From: a virus
Strand: one strand, 5' to 3'
Virus record (IMG/VR): IMGVR_UViG_3300044632_001319
Length of the DNA: 64,000 nucleotides
A program made the position numbers and the translations under genes. A model generated the notes under the pieces. The model did no database searches. It was not told the DNA's origin and was given only the letters and a program-made list of their open reading frames with translations. Within the stretch, counting starts at the first letter, position 1. Each line of letters opens with the position of its first letter. Below, piece by piece: positions 30,897 to 43,582 of the stretch.

Positions 30897-32108
30897 ATGA
30901 AACCAAAACTAACACTCTGCATGATCGTCAAGAATGAATCTCATATTATTCATGAGTGTCTTGAATCTATTTACAAGTATATTGATTATTGGGTAGTATC
31001 AGATACTGGTTCTACAGACGGAACACAAGACATCATAAGAAAGTTTTTTGAGTCAAAGGGAATTCCTGGCGAAATTCACCAAGACGAATGGAAAAACTTT
31101 GGACATAATCGCACGTTAGCATTAAATCATTGCCAAGGCAAAGCAGAATATGCGTGGATGATCGACGCAGATGATAAGGTAGAAGGAAATTTTAAGTTTC
31201 CAGAAAATCCAGATGGTGATGCATATGTTGTAAGAATGGGAAGAGAAGACTTTTCTTGGTGGAGAACCCAGATATTCAAGGTAGATTCTAAGTGGGAATA
31301 TCGTGGTGTTCTTCATGAATATCCATCATGCACGACAAACGATAAACCAGTATTGGTTAAAATCGAAGGAAAGTACAACATCAATGCGAGAACGCTTGGT
31401 GCAAGAAATGTTGGTATTACTGTCATTGAGAAGTACAAGAAAGATGCTGAACTCCTAGAGAAAGCATTGATTGATGAACCTACAAATACCAGATATCAGT
31501 TTTATCTTGCACAATCGTATTTTGATTCTCAGCAATGGGAAAAGGCAATTGAAGCATATATGAGAAGAGCACAATCTGGTGGATGGCCTGAGGAAGTTTA
31601 TTATTCATTGTATAGAATTGCAATTTGCCGTGCAATGTTAGATAGACCATGGTCGGAGATTCAAGCATCGTTTCTTGATGCATACAACTATCGACCAATT
31701 CGTGCAGAACCACTAATTCATATCGCACAAGCACTGAGAACAAAATTTGATCAACCAGCAGCAGCATTTGTTTTTGCTAGAATCGCAGCAGAAATACCAT
31801 TCCCAACAACTGAGATCTTGTTTGTTCCTGATCTGTTATATCGATTTACTGCTCTTGATGAATTGGGTGCTGTTGCTCATGCTGCTGGAAGACCAGAACT
31901 TGGATATCTTGCATGTAAAAAACTGCTAGAAGATGGTCGTGTTCCAGAGGAACACCTGACAAGAGTTCAAAATAATTACAAACATTACCAAACAATCATG
32001 CAGAAACTAGCAGAAGAGAAAATGAAGTTAGAAGCAGCAAGTACAAAAGTAGTCGATGTTATCAAAAAACCTAAAAAGTTTAAAGATAAAAAGAAATTAA
32101 AAAACTAA
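30897..32108 (+). CDS. GT2 glycosyltransferase with TPR region
   Basis: LCMIVKNE, DTGSTDGT, IDADD, GVLHE, RYQFYLAQSY, followed by TPR-like helices. Confidence 0.88.
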   Translation: MKPKLTLCMIVKNESHIIHECLESIYKYIDYWVVSDTGSTDGTQDIIRKFFESKGIPGEIHQDEWKNFGHNRTLALNHCQGKAEYAWMIDADDKVEGNFKFPENPDGDAYVVRMGREDFSWWRTQIFKVDSKWEYRGVLHEYPSCTTNDKPVLVKIEGKYNINARTLGARNVGITVIEKYKKDAELLEKALIDEPTNTRYQFYLAQSYFDSQQWEKAIEAYMRRAQSGGWPEEVYYSLYRIAICRAMLDRPWSEIQASFLDAYNYRPIRAEPLIHIAQALRTKFDQPAAAFVFARIAAEIPFPTTEILFVPDLLYRFTALDELGAVAHAAGRPELGYLACKKLLEDGRVPEEHLTRVQNNYKHYQTIMQKLAEEKMKLEAASTKVVDVIKKPKKFKDKKKLKN

Positions 32109-32116
32109 TATAAATA
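32109..32116 (+). promoter_or_regulatory. T4-type late promoter TATAAATA
   Basis: Exact consensus at the start of the tail-fibre block. Confidence 0.75.
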
Positions 32117-32132
32117 ATGCTATAGAGAAACT

Positions 32133-33461
32133 ATGGCATTTCCAATAGATCCAGTTCAAGGCGCCACACACGACAACAATGGTCGTGTGTGGTTATTTAA
32201 TGGGTATGGGTGGGAAAGATATGATCCTGCTGATGCAACCTCAGCTGAGGTTTATTCTATAAATGGAATTACTGGTGCTATCGGTTTGTCTGCTGGTCAA
32301 GATGTTTCTATATCGATAACAGGAAAAACATTCACCATTTCATCAGAAACGCTTTATGGTGTTTCTGGAAGTATTTACGCATCTAATCTGGCAACTGGTC
32401 TTTTGCACGGTGGAATCATAAGCATTAATGCTGGAAATACTGCAACATTCAACATAACTGCTGGTAGAGGACAAATACATGCTTCAGGGTCATCTTATAC
32501 TTTAGATCCAGTACCAACATTAAATTATGTGTCATGGCCTGGACAAACAGGTGTTGCGGTTACAAACTTAGCAACATCTGACACAACTTGGTTATATATT
32601 GATGGTTCTGGTACATTACAACAAAGAACAGAATATTATACAGATCAGCAGGTAGAAGAAACCATTATAATTGGTCAGTTGGTGCATCCATCTAGAACCT
32701 TTATAAATTTAGCAAGAACCAATCCAAATGTTGCTTATGCCACCGACAAGCAGTACGAGCAATTTATACGAGCATTCGGTCCAATTAAGATATCTGGTCA
32801 TACCATAAGCGCAAATGGTGCAAATTTAAAATTAAACAGATCTTCTGGTAAGGCATTTAGTCTTGGAAGAAATTGGATCAATGATAGTGACGATCCGAGT
32901 GTAGTTTCAGATAATGCTTATACCGATTGTATATTTTTTAGATATTATAGAGGTGCTACTGCTGGTACGTTCGTAACTGTCCCAAACCAAACAGTAATAG
33001 ATCCAACACATTATGATAATGGTTCTGGTACATTACAATCAGTTCCTGGTGGTAAATACACCATTCAAAGAATATTTTATTATCCAAACACACCAACGTT
33101 ACTTGGTGTTTATTATGGAAGAACTACTTATATCAGTATTGCAGAAGCAGCAGCAAATATCAATCTAGAAGAATTTAGCGAGATTGAAAACACAAAAACA
33201 AATGCTGTATTTGCTGCATATTTAATAGTTAAAGGCAATGCAACAAGTCTTCTGAATACATCAGATGCTCTTATAATACAAGCGGGAAGTTTTAGAAGCA
33301 CTTCTAGTGGTGGTGGTTCGGTATCTCTAACATTAGATGATTTGACAGATGTTATTATAACTGGAGCATGTGGTAATGATGTTTTATATTATGATTCAAC
33401 TGCTAATTCGTGGATAAATAAATCAGTAAATGCATTAACCATCGATGGTGGATTATACTAG
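32133..33461 (+). CDS. virion structural / tail fibre protein
   Basis: MAFP..P..G...NGRVW.FNG..W start, SINGITGAI motif, LDDLTDV, C-terminal IDGGLY. Confidence 0.65.
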   Translation: MAFPIDPVQGATHDNNGRVWLFNGYGWERYDPADATSAEVYSINGITGAIGLSAGQDVSISITGKTFTISSETLYGVSGSIYASNLATGLLHGGIISINAGNTATFNITAGRGQIHASGSSYTLDPVPTLNYVSWPGQTGVAVTNLATSDTTWLYIDGSGTLQQRTEYYTDQQVEETIIIGQLVHPSRTFINLARTNPNVAYATDKQYEQFIRAFGPIKISGHTISANGANLKLNRSSGKAFSLGRNWINDSDDPSVVSDNAYTDCIFFRYYRGATAGTFVTVPNQTVIDPTHYDNGSGTLQSVPGGKYTIQRIFYYPNTPTLLGVYYGRTTYISIAEAAANINLEEFSEIENTKTNAVFAAYLIVKGNATSLLNTSDALIIQAGSFRSTSSGGGSVSLTLDDLTDVIITGACGNDVLYYDSTANSWINKSVNALTIDGGLY

Positions 33462-33470
33462 GAGATTTCA

Positions 33471-33899
33471 ATGTCAGCAGCAAGATACGACATATATGCA
33501 GAACAAGGAACCACGTTTAAGTTATACTTCAATTGGAAGTTAAATGGTGTACCAGTTAATCTATCTGGTTATAGTGGCGATTTTCAAGTTAGAAGATCTT
33601 TAAAAGATGAAAAAGCATTATTATATGTCACCACAAATGGTGTAACTGGTGGCGGAATTACTGGAGACTTTACTCCTGGAGTAAATGGAGTTCTTGGTGT
33701 TGGTGGAATAAGTTTCAATACTTCTATTAATGGAACTGGTGAAACTGGTGGTATATTGTTTAAAATTGATGATGCCACAATGACTAGAGTAATTCCAGGT
33801 AAGCATTTTTATGATTTTAAAATCAAAAACACATCAGGCGATGTTAAGAGACTCATAGAAGGCACATTTGACATTTCAAAACAAATAACAAGAATTTAA
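33471..33899 (+). CDS. virion structural protein (fibre attachment-like)
   Basis: [20 protein letters not shown]...RLIEG motifs common in phage tail genes. Confidence 0.6.
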   Translation: MSAARYDIYAEQGTTFKLYFNWKLNGVPVNLSGYSGDFQVRRSLKDEKALLYVTTNGVTGGGITGDFTPGVNGVLGVGGISFNTSINGTGETGGILFKIDDATMTRVIPGKHFYDFKIKNTSGDVKRLIEGTFDISKQITRI

Positions 33900-33900
33900 A

Positions 33901-36029
<2,129 letters not shown>

Positions 36030-36030
<1 letters not shown>

Positions 36031-37175
36031 TGGCATTAACAAACGGATTCCAATTACCATTCGGTATACAACCAGTAAACCCACTGCCAGTAGACAGTTG
36101 GTCTGGTCCGTATACTGGTGGCACTATTGCCGAAGCACTTACAGCAGCAAATACTTCTATTCCAAGTGCAATTCGTTTTCAATCAATGGAAGTTCGTATT
36201 ATTGTTGGTGGTGAGTCATACAAGTATTGGTATCGCGATGGAATTACCGACTCTAATCTTGTAGAGTTTGCTTCCACTTCTTCTGGAATTTCTGGACCTT
36301 ATGTTTCAAAAATAAATGGATTTACTGGTGGTATTACATTTGCTGGTGGAACTGGAATAGGATTAACTTATTTAAACAATATTTTTACCTATTCAAATAC
36401 TGGTGTGCTTTCTGTTACTGGAACTGGTGGATTAACTGCAAGTCCAACCACTGGTGTAGGAAATGTCAGTGTATCTCTCGAACCAGGTTACAAATTATTA
36501 AGATCATACCCTGATGTTACTGCTTTAAACAATTCACCAAACCCACAGGATGGTGATCTAGCATGGGTCGTTAATGATGGAAATGGTTTTGGTGGATATT
36601 ATTATTATACTACTGCATTAAGTCCAAATGCATGGGTTAAGATGTCTTTATTATCTAATGCCTTTCTAGGAGATGTAAATCTAGATGGAACAGTTGATGG
36701 TGTTGACTTAGCAGTTATTTTGAACAGTTGGGGAATTCTTGGAACAAATCCGAGTTTAAATTTTGGTGTTAGTGATGGTATAGCTGGAGCATTTAAAGTT
36801 TATGCTTATGGTGCGACACTAGGCAAAAAGGCAGATATATTAAGAATTGCTACAGATAGTGCTCTTTCGACCGTAAGTATAAATTCAGAAACATTGACAA
36901 TTGATGCGTATACTTCCATATATGGGGATGGAACTACTTCACTAGAACTTATAAACGGTGGATTAAAATTTTCTGATGGAACTACCCAAGGAACAGCACC
37001 CCAACTAAAAACTATAAATGGATGTACTGGTAATATTGGAATAACTGGAACCCCAAACGAGGTTGAAATTACCACAAGTTGCCCATCTATTCAAATAGGA
37101 CTGCCCAATGATGTCGTAATATCGGGTTCTTTAAGGGTAAACGGAAGCATATATATAGATGGCGGAACTTTTTAA
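36030..37175 (+). CDS. virion fibre protein with dockerin-like motif
   Basis: INGFTGGI / INGCTGNI fibre motifs, GDVNLDGTVDGVDLAVILNSWG, C-terminal IDGGTF. Confidence 0.65.
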
Positions 37176-37197
37176 AGGAATTATAAAGGAATTATAA

Positions 37198-38865
37198 ATG
37201 TCAACTATTAAAATTAAAAGAACAAGTGGGTCTACCACTCCAACAGGACTTACCTTTGGTGAACTTGCGTATGTCCAAGGTATCAAATCAATCTATATCG
37301 GTCAGACTGCGGGTGATCCTGCACTTCGAATAGGTGCTGAAGTTGACACATCTACCGCACTGGGAACCAGTGATAATAAAATTCCATCACAGAATGCAGT
37401 AAAAACATATGTGGATTCTATTGTAACTGGCGGTGCTGGTCTTGTAACTGACATAAATGGTGTTACTGGTGCTGTACAACTAGTTGCTGGAACTGGTATT
37501 TTTATAGCATCTGCTGCTGGTAAAAACATCAATATTAGTAACAGTGGTGTACAGAGTCTCACTGGAACTTCCAATCAAATTTCTGTAAGTGGATCTACTG
37601 GTGCTGTCACTCTTTCTCTTCCATCCACTGTAACTGTTCCTGGTTCATTGAATGTCACCACAGACCTTACAGTCACTGGTAATCTTACGGTAAATGGTAC
37701 ATCAACCACAGTCAATAGCAATACTATGACTGTTGACGATCCAATTATAGTTCTTGGTACATCTGGTGGTGTTCCAATTTCAGCATCTGATGGTGGTAAA
37801 TCAAGAGGTGTGGCATTTACTTATTATGATGATGGAAACACAATAGGTAAAACTGGATTTTTTGGATTCAGAATTCCTGGTCAAGGTGCGGTTTTTGGAG
37901 CATACGAACGTGTAAATATTTTAAATGATGCAACACAGGCTGGATCTACTCTTGCCATGATTGAAACTTATGGATTAAGCGTAAGAGCTAATCAAAATGT
38001 TAACACTCTTGGGAATCATGTATTTTCATCACTTTCAACTACAAATAATAAACAAGTTATCTTCGAAGATCATACTGGTTATGTTCTAATTCCAAATACA
38101 CTAGGAACTTCTGGTTATATTATTAAGTCGAATGGTGGAACATCACAACCAACATGGATTGACGCAAGTGCAGCTGGATTTACTGCATATGCCGCGACTC
38201 GTCTGACACCTGGAGCTACGATTGCTCTTTCTGGTGATGTTACCGCAACTGGAGTTACCTTTGACGGTAGTGGAAATATAACACTTACCACAACCATAGC
38301 TGCAAACTCGGTTGCACTTGGCACTGATACAACTGGTGATTACGTTGCCGCAGTTGCTGTATCTGGAATAGGACTTTCAGTTGCTGGTTCTGGAGAGAAT
38401 GCAACTTATACAGTTACGTCTGGAGCAACATCAAACAACGTTGTCTCTCAAATAGTTGCAAGAGATGCATCTGGTAATTTCTCTGCTGGAACAATTACCG
38501 CAGCACTTACTGGAAATGCTTCAACAGCATCAACCCTACAGACAGCAAGATCAATTGGACTTACTGGAGATGTAAGTGGATCTGCATCATTCAACGGATC
38601 TGCTGACATTAATATCACCGCGACCATAGCAGCAAATTCTGTTGCTCTTGGAACTGATACGACTGGAAATTATGTTGCAACTCTATCTACCTCCAGCACT
38701 GGTCTTACAGTAGCAAATTCTGGAGCAGAGTCTGCCGCTGTCACTGTAAACTTTGCCACTATAACTAGCGGTCTAAATATGGGAACATTTAGTTTTGCTT
38801 CTGGAGAATTCACTAATAGTAGTGGTACTATATCTCTTGGAACGGTTGATGGTGGATCTTATTAA
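37198..38865 (+). CDS. tail fibre protein
   Basis: IKIKR..G...P..LTFGELA N-terminus, GNLTVNGT.TTVNS, duplicated TIAANSVALGTDTTG, C-terminal VDGGSY. Confidence 0.75.
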   Translation: MSTIKIKRTSGSTTPTGLTFGELAYVQGIKSIYIGQTAGDPALRIGAEVDTSTALGTSDNKIPSQNAVKTYVDSIVTGGAGLVTDINGVTGAVQLVAGTGIFIASAAGKNINISNSGVQSLTGTSNQISVSGSTGAVTLSLPSTVTVPGSLNVTTDLTVTGNLTVNGTSTTVNSNTMTVDDPIIVLGTSGGVPISASDGGKSRGVAFTYYDDGNTIGKTGFFGFRIPGQGAVFGAYERVNILNDATQAGSTLAMIETYGLSVRANQNVNTLGNHVFSSLSTTNNKQVIFEDHTGYVLIPNTLGTSGYIIKSNGGTSQPTWIDASAAGFTAYAATRLTPGATIALSGDVTATGVTFDGSGNITLTTTIAANSVALGTDTTGDYVAAVAVSGIGLSVAGSGENATYTVTSGATSNNVVSQIVARDASGNFSAGTITAALTGNASTASTLQTARSIGLTGDVSGSASFNGSADINITATIAANSVALGTDTTGNYVATLSTSSTGLTVANSGAESAAVTVNFATITSGLNMGTFSFASGEFTNSSGTISLGTVDGGSY

Positions 38866-38883
38866 TTAATATAAAGGTAAATT

Positions 38884-39309
38884 ATGAATACTGTGAATTA
38901 TCAAGAAACGATTGTTATTCCAACACTTCAAAAGAAACTTCAAGAATTGCAGATAAACAATCTGTTTCTGGAAGTTTCTTTATTGGTTGAACAGGCAAAA
39001 ACAAAAGACATTGAAAATTATTACAAAAATCAAATTGGTCATGTTGATTCCATAAAAAATGAACTAGATCAAAAAAATAATAGAATAACTGAATTAAAGA
39101 CTCAAATCAGTTTAATTAATTCTGAAAACACCAGTAAAGATGCATTGATTCAAAAGTTAGAAAATGATTTGAAACGAGAAACGAGTGTTCGTGAAAGTAT
39201 TCATACTGAATATAACACTTTAAAGGGAAAGCACGATGTATTGGCAGCACAAGTCGAAGCATATCAAACTTCTATAAATAATAAGAAGACTAAAGATAAG
39301 CAAGCATAA
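38884..39309 (+). CDS. coiled-coil protein (possible fibre chaperone)
   Basis: Heptad-rich and located between fibre genes. Confidence 0.55.
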   Translation: MNTVNYQETIVIPTLQKKLQELQINNLFLEVSLLVEQAKTKDIENYYKNQIGHVDSIKNELDQKNNRITELKTQISLINSENTSKDALIQKLENDLKRETSVRESIHTEYNTLKGKHDVLAAQVEAYQTSINNKKTKDKQA

Positions 39310-39311
39310 TC

Positions 39312-40256
39312 ATGGCAAAAATTAAGATCAAGAACTCAGTAACAGCAGGATCTGCTCCATCTGGATTATCCTTTGGTGAAATGGCTGTTAACATTACTGA
39401 TAAAAAGATCTTTATTGGAAATGCTGTAGAGGGTGTAGTTACTTTACACGATCAGAATAATGTAGTTACTAGTATAGATGGTTCTACTGGTGCTATTCTA
39501 GGTGTTGCATATACACAAGCAGCAAATGTCTTTACATCGCTTCAAAGTTTTAATAATGGAATTTCAGCATCTGCTGGTTCTTCATTCAATAGTGCCACTG
39601 TTTTTATCTCAAATCTGACAGCAAATGTTGATCCATTACATGTCCAGCATTCTTCTACTGGTGCTTTGAAAGTATCAACATCTGGTCAGGCAAGAGCTGG
39701 TGCTATTAAACTTGGAAATTCAACAACTTCAACATTTAATACATTTATCAATAATAGTGATGGTACTCTAACCTTCTACAACGGAATCAGTTCTACTGGT
39801 TCCAACATGATAAACTTCAATACCACCACAATGAATATATCACCCACAATCGCGGGTGCAACATTCAGTGCATTGATAACATCTACTTCTGGTATTTCTG
39901 CATCTGGTGGTATTACAACTGCTTCATATCTTTATGCTGAAAATGGATTTAGAGTTGGTTCTGGAGCAATCAATTCACGAACTGGAACAACATACACTTT
40001 GCTCTCGACAGACAATGGTGAGATTATAGTTTGGAATACAAGTTCAGCAGGAACCTTGACCATTCCATCTGGTCTTCCTGTTGGATTCAATGCCACTTTG
40101 ATTCAAACAGGAACTGCTGCAATTGGCATCACTGGGTCTGGAACAACACTCAATAGTTTTGAAAACAAACTAAATACAGCAGGACAACATGCTGCGGTAA
40201 GTATCATTTCCTACAGCAGCAATGTATTCAATGTTGCTGGAGGACTAACAGGATGA
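39312..40256 (+). CDS. tail fibre protein
   Basis: IKIKNS..G..P..LSFGEMAVN N-terminus; TYTL..TDNG...LTIP.GLPVGF C-terminal domain. Confidence 0.72.
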   Translation: MAKIKIKNSVTAGSAPSGLSFGEMAVNITDKKIFIGNAVEGVVTLHDQNNVVTSIDGSTGAILGVAYTQAANVFTSLQSFNNGISASAGSSFNSATVFISNLTANVDPLHVQHSSTGALKVSTSGQARAGAIKLGNSTTSTFNTFINNSDGTLTFYNGISSTGSNMINFNTTTMNISPTIAGATFSALITSTSGISASGGITTASYLYAENGFRVGSGAINSRTGTTYTLLSTDNGEIIVWNTSSAGTLTIPSGLPVGFNATLIQTGTAAIGITGSGTTLNSFENKLNTAGQHAAVSIISYSSNVFNVAGGLTG

Positions 40257-43200
40257 TAATTCCAAGCTTCAAGGCTGGTATCTTAACTTTCATCAGGAAA
40301 ATTGTTGCTGCTATTCCAACAAATGGAAAATTGTTTATTTGGGGAAACAATAATGCTGGTCAAGTGGGAAATTCTACAACTGGGGTTGTGCCTGCTCAAA
40401 ATGTTTCTTCTCCTGTCCAAGTTGGAACTGCCACAGATTGGAATGTGGTTTCTTTTGGTAACGGTCATATTTTAGCAACAAAAACAGGAGGTAGTCTCTG
40501 GTCTTGGGGTTATGGAGGCTTCGGTCAATTGGGTTCTGGTACTACTACCAGCCTTTCATCTCCTGTCCAAGTTGGATCAGGTACGGATTGGGCAAGCGTT
40601 TCTGCTGGTGGAAGAGCATCATTTGCAATAAAAACCAATGGAACTCTTTGGGCGTGGGGTAGAAATACCTATGGTCAATTGGGTCTTGGCAATACTACCA
40701 GCCGTTCATCTCCTGTCCAAGTTGGAACAGGTACGGATTGGGCAAGCGTTTTTGTTGGAGAATATCATACAATTGCTTTAAAAACTACTGGAACTCTTTG
40801 GGGATGGGGTAGAAATAATGCTGGTCAATTGGGTCTTGGTGATACCACCAACCGATCATCTCCTGTCCAAGTTGGAACAGATACGAATTGGAGTAAAGTT
40901 TCATCTGGAAGACAACATACACTTGCTGTAAAATCAAATGGAACTCTTTGGGCATGGGGAAATAATGGTTATGGTCGTCTTGGACTCCGTGATACTAACA
41001 ACCGATCATCTCCTGTCCAAGTTGGAACAGATACGAATTGGTCGATTGTAGATGCAGGATACACTCACAGCCACGCAATAAGAACCACTGGAACTCTTTG
41101 GAGTTTTGGTGCTAATGTGCTAAGAGGTGAACTTGGAGTTGGAGATCAAGTAAATAGATCATCTCCTGTTCAAGTGGGAGCGAACACCGATTGGATAAAT
41201 GTTGGTGCTGGAAGGAATGCATCAATAGCAAGAAGATCAAATAAAACTCTTTGGGCATGGGGTTCAAGTGCATATGGTCTGTTGGTGTTTGAAAATGGAA
41301 GAGCATACAATTTACGCATAAGCAAACCAACACTAATATCAAATGATACATGGTCTTCTTTTACAGCAAAACGAGATCATACTTTTGGAATTAAGACTAC
41401 AGGAACTCTTTGGGCATGGGGAAAGAACTTTAGTGGGGTATTGGGAACTGGAAATGAAGTAAATCAGTCTTCTCCTGTCCAAATAGGCTCTGGTACGGAT
41501 TGGTCTTCTATTGGTTCTGCTGCAACAACAGACAGATTCACTGTTGCAATAAAAACTAATGGTTCTCTTTGGACTTGGGGATTAGGTACATATGGAAGAC
41601 TTGGTTCAGGTAACAATAATAGTAGATCATCTCCTGTTCAAGTGGGAACAGATACGAATTGGGCAAGCACTTCTTCTAGTCCATATCATACACTTGCTGT
41701 AAAAACAAATGGAACTCTATGGGCATGGGGAAGAGGTGCACATGGACAATTAGGGAATGATAGTTTTGTTACAAGGTCATCACCAGTACAGATAGGAAGT
41801 GATAGCAATTGGGCAAGCGTTTCTGCTGGTGGTCTAGCAACTAATGATGCTCAATCATTTGCAGTAAAAACCACTGGAACTCTTTGGGCATGGGGGAATA
41901 ATAATTATGGAAAACTTGGTTTAGGAACGCTTGCCCGTGATCGTACTAGTTCTCCTGTCCAAGTGGGAACAGATACGAATTGGTCTTTGGTAGGAGGAAA
42001 TGCGGGATTTGGAGGCTCAACAATAGCAGTGAAAACTACTGGAACACTTTGGGTTTGGGGAAGAAATAATAGTTATCATTTAGGTCTTATCTATAGTTAT
42101 GTATCACGGTTCTCTCCTACTCAACAGGGAACAGACAGTAATTGGGCTACGGCTTCAATGGGATATCTTGTTGCATCTGCAATAAGAACCACTGGAACTC
42201 TTTGGACATGGGGTAGTGGATCATATGGTTCTTTGGGAAATGGCACTGCTGTCACAGTATCATCTCCTGTTCAAGTGGGAACACAAACCGATTGGTCGAA
42301 AGTATCTGCTGCAAACAGAAATTGTGCGGCAATAAAAACCACTGGAACTCTTTGGACATGGGGTAGAAATACCTATGGTCAATTGGGTCTTGGCAATACT
42401 ACCAGCCGTTCATCTCCTGTCCAAGTTGGAACAGGTACTGATTGGGCTAGTGTATCTTGCGGCATTAGTAGTCATGTTTGTGCAGTTAAGACTGGAGGAA
42501 CCCTGTGGGCATGGGGTAGAAATAATTTTGGTCAATTGGGTCTTGGTGATACCACCAACCGATCATCTCCTGTTCAAGTGGGAACAGGTACGGATTGGGC
42601 TAGTGTTAACTGTAACTATGCCAGTACATTGGCAATAAAAACCAATGGAACTCTTTGGGCATGGGGACTAAATGCTCAATACCAATTGGGTCTTGGTAAT
42701 ACCACCAACCGATCATCTCCTGTTCAAGTGGGAACAGATACTAATTGGAGTAAAGTTTCCTCTGCAAGATTCCATACAATTGGGTTAAAAACCACAGGAA
42801 CCCTGTGGGCATGGGGAAGAAATACTGGCGGTGAATTGGGTCTTGGTAATGTTAGTAACCGATCTGCACCAACGCAAATTGGATCTAAAACAGACTGGAG
42901 CAATATTGGTGTTGGAACTAGTGCATCTTTTGGAATAAACACTTCAGGAAAACTTTATGCTTTTGGTTTGAATTCTGGTTACGGAAGATTAGGAATACAA
43001 ACTTTTAATTATTACAATTCACCCAAACAAGTAGGAACTGCTACAGATTGGTCAAGTGTATCAACTGCTGGAAATTCCACGATGGCTAGGAAAACCACTG
43101 GAACCCTGTGGGGGTGGGGTAGGAATAATAATGGTCAATTGGGTCTTGGTGATGCCACCACTCGATCATCTCCTGTTCAAGTGGGAACAGGTACTGATTG

Positions 43201-43558
43201 GAGTAAAGTTTCAATCGGAAGATATGACACAAAAGCAATTAAAACTGGTGGAACTCTTTGGGCATGGGGATTTAATTCATACGGTGGATTGGGTACTAGT
43301 GATACCACCAACCGATCATCTCCTGTTCAAGTGGGAAGTGCTACGAATTGGAACGACATAAGTAGTGCGTATAATCACAACATGGCAAAAAATACATCTA
43401 ATTTGTTGTATGGTATGGGAAGAAACGGATTTTCCGAAATTATTAGATTTACAAACCATGTATCTTCTCCTGTCCAAGTTGGCACATCTTCAAATTGGAG
43501 CACCGTGGTTATTTCTAGAGGTGCGGGAGATAATTGTGCTGCAATAGAAACTACATAG
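40253..43558 (+). CDS. RCC1/BLIP-II repeat beta-propeller protein
   Basis: About 20 repeats of GTLWAWG.N..GQLGLG....RSSPVQVGT.TDW. Confidence 0.92.
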   Translation: MIIPSFKAGILTFIRKIVAAIPTNGKLFIWGNNNAGQVGNSTTGVVPAQNVSSPVQVGTATDWNVVSFGNGHILATKTGGSLWSWGYGGFGQLGSGTTTSLSSPVQVGSGTDWASVSAGGRASFAIKTNGTLWAWGRNTYGQLGLGNTTSRSSPVQVGTGTDWASVFVGEYHTIALKTTGTLWGWGRNNAGQLGLGDTTNRSSPVQVGTDTNWSKVSSGRQHTLAVKSNGTLWAWGNNGYGRLGLRDTNNRSSPVQVGTDTNWSIVDAGYTHSHAIRTTGTLWSFGANVLRGELGVGDQVNRSSPVQVGANTDWINVGAGRNASIARRSNKTLWAWGSSAYGLLVFENGRAYNLRISKPTLISNDTWSSFTAKRDHTFGIKTTGTLWAWGKNFSGVLGTGNEVNQSSPVQIGSGTDWSSIGSAATTDRFTVAIKTNGSLWTWGLGTYGRLGSGNNNSRSSPVQVGTDTNWASTSSSPYHTLAVKTNGTLWAWGRGAHGQLGNDSFVTRSSPVQIGSDSNWASVSAGGLATNDAQSFAVKTTGTLWAWGNNNYGKLGLGTLARDRTSSPVQVGTDTNWSLVGGNAGFGGSTIAVKTTGTLWVWGRNNSYHLGLIYSYVSRFSPTQQGTDSNWATASMGYLVASAIRTTGTLWTWGSGSYGSLGNGTAVTVSSPVQVGTQTDWSKVSAANRNCAAIKTTGTLWTWGRNTYGQLGLGNTTSRSSPVQVGTGTDWASVSCGISSHVCAVKTGGTLWAWGRNNFGQLGLGDTTNRSSPVQVGTGTDWASVNCNYASTLAIKTNGTLWAWGLNAQYQLGLGNTTNRSSPVQVGTDTNWSKVSSARFHTIGLKTTGTLWAWGRNTGGELGLGNVSNRSAPTQIGSKTDWSNIGVGTSASFGINTSGKLYAFGLNSGYGRLGIQTFNYYNSPKQVGTATDWSSVSTAGNSTMARKTTGTLWGWGRNNNGQLGLGDATTRSSPVQVGTGTDWSKVSIGRYDTKAIKTGGTLWAWGFNSYGGLGTSDTTNRSSPVQVGSATNWNDISSAYNHNMAKNTSNLLYGMGRNGFSEIIRFTNHVSSPVQVGTSSNWSTVVISRGAGDNCAAIETT
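40655..42438 (+). repeat. identical 80-bp direct repeat (40655-40734 and 42359-42438) within RCC1 repeats
   Basis: tggggtagaaatacctatggtcaattgggtcttggc...gttggaacaggtac occurs twice exactly. Confidence 0.85.
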
Positions 43559-43582
43559 TTATATGACAAGGAGTTTTATATT

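Noticed and set aside
40253-43558. Diversity-generating retroelement or CRISPR array in the RCC1 repeats
   Set aside because: Repeats are in-frame protein blades. There is no reverse transcriptase, non-coding template repeat, cas gene or repeat-spacer structure in the window.
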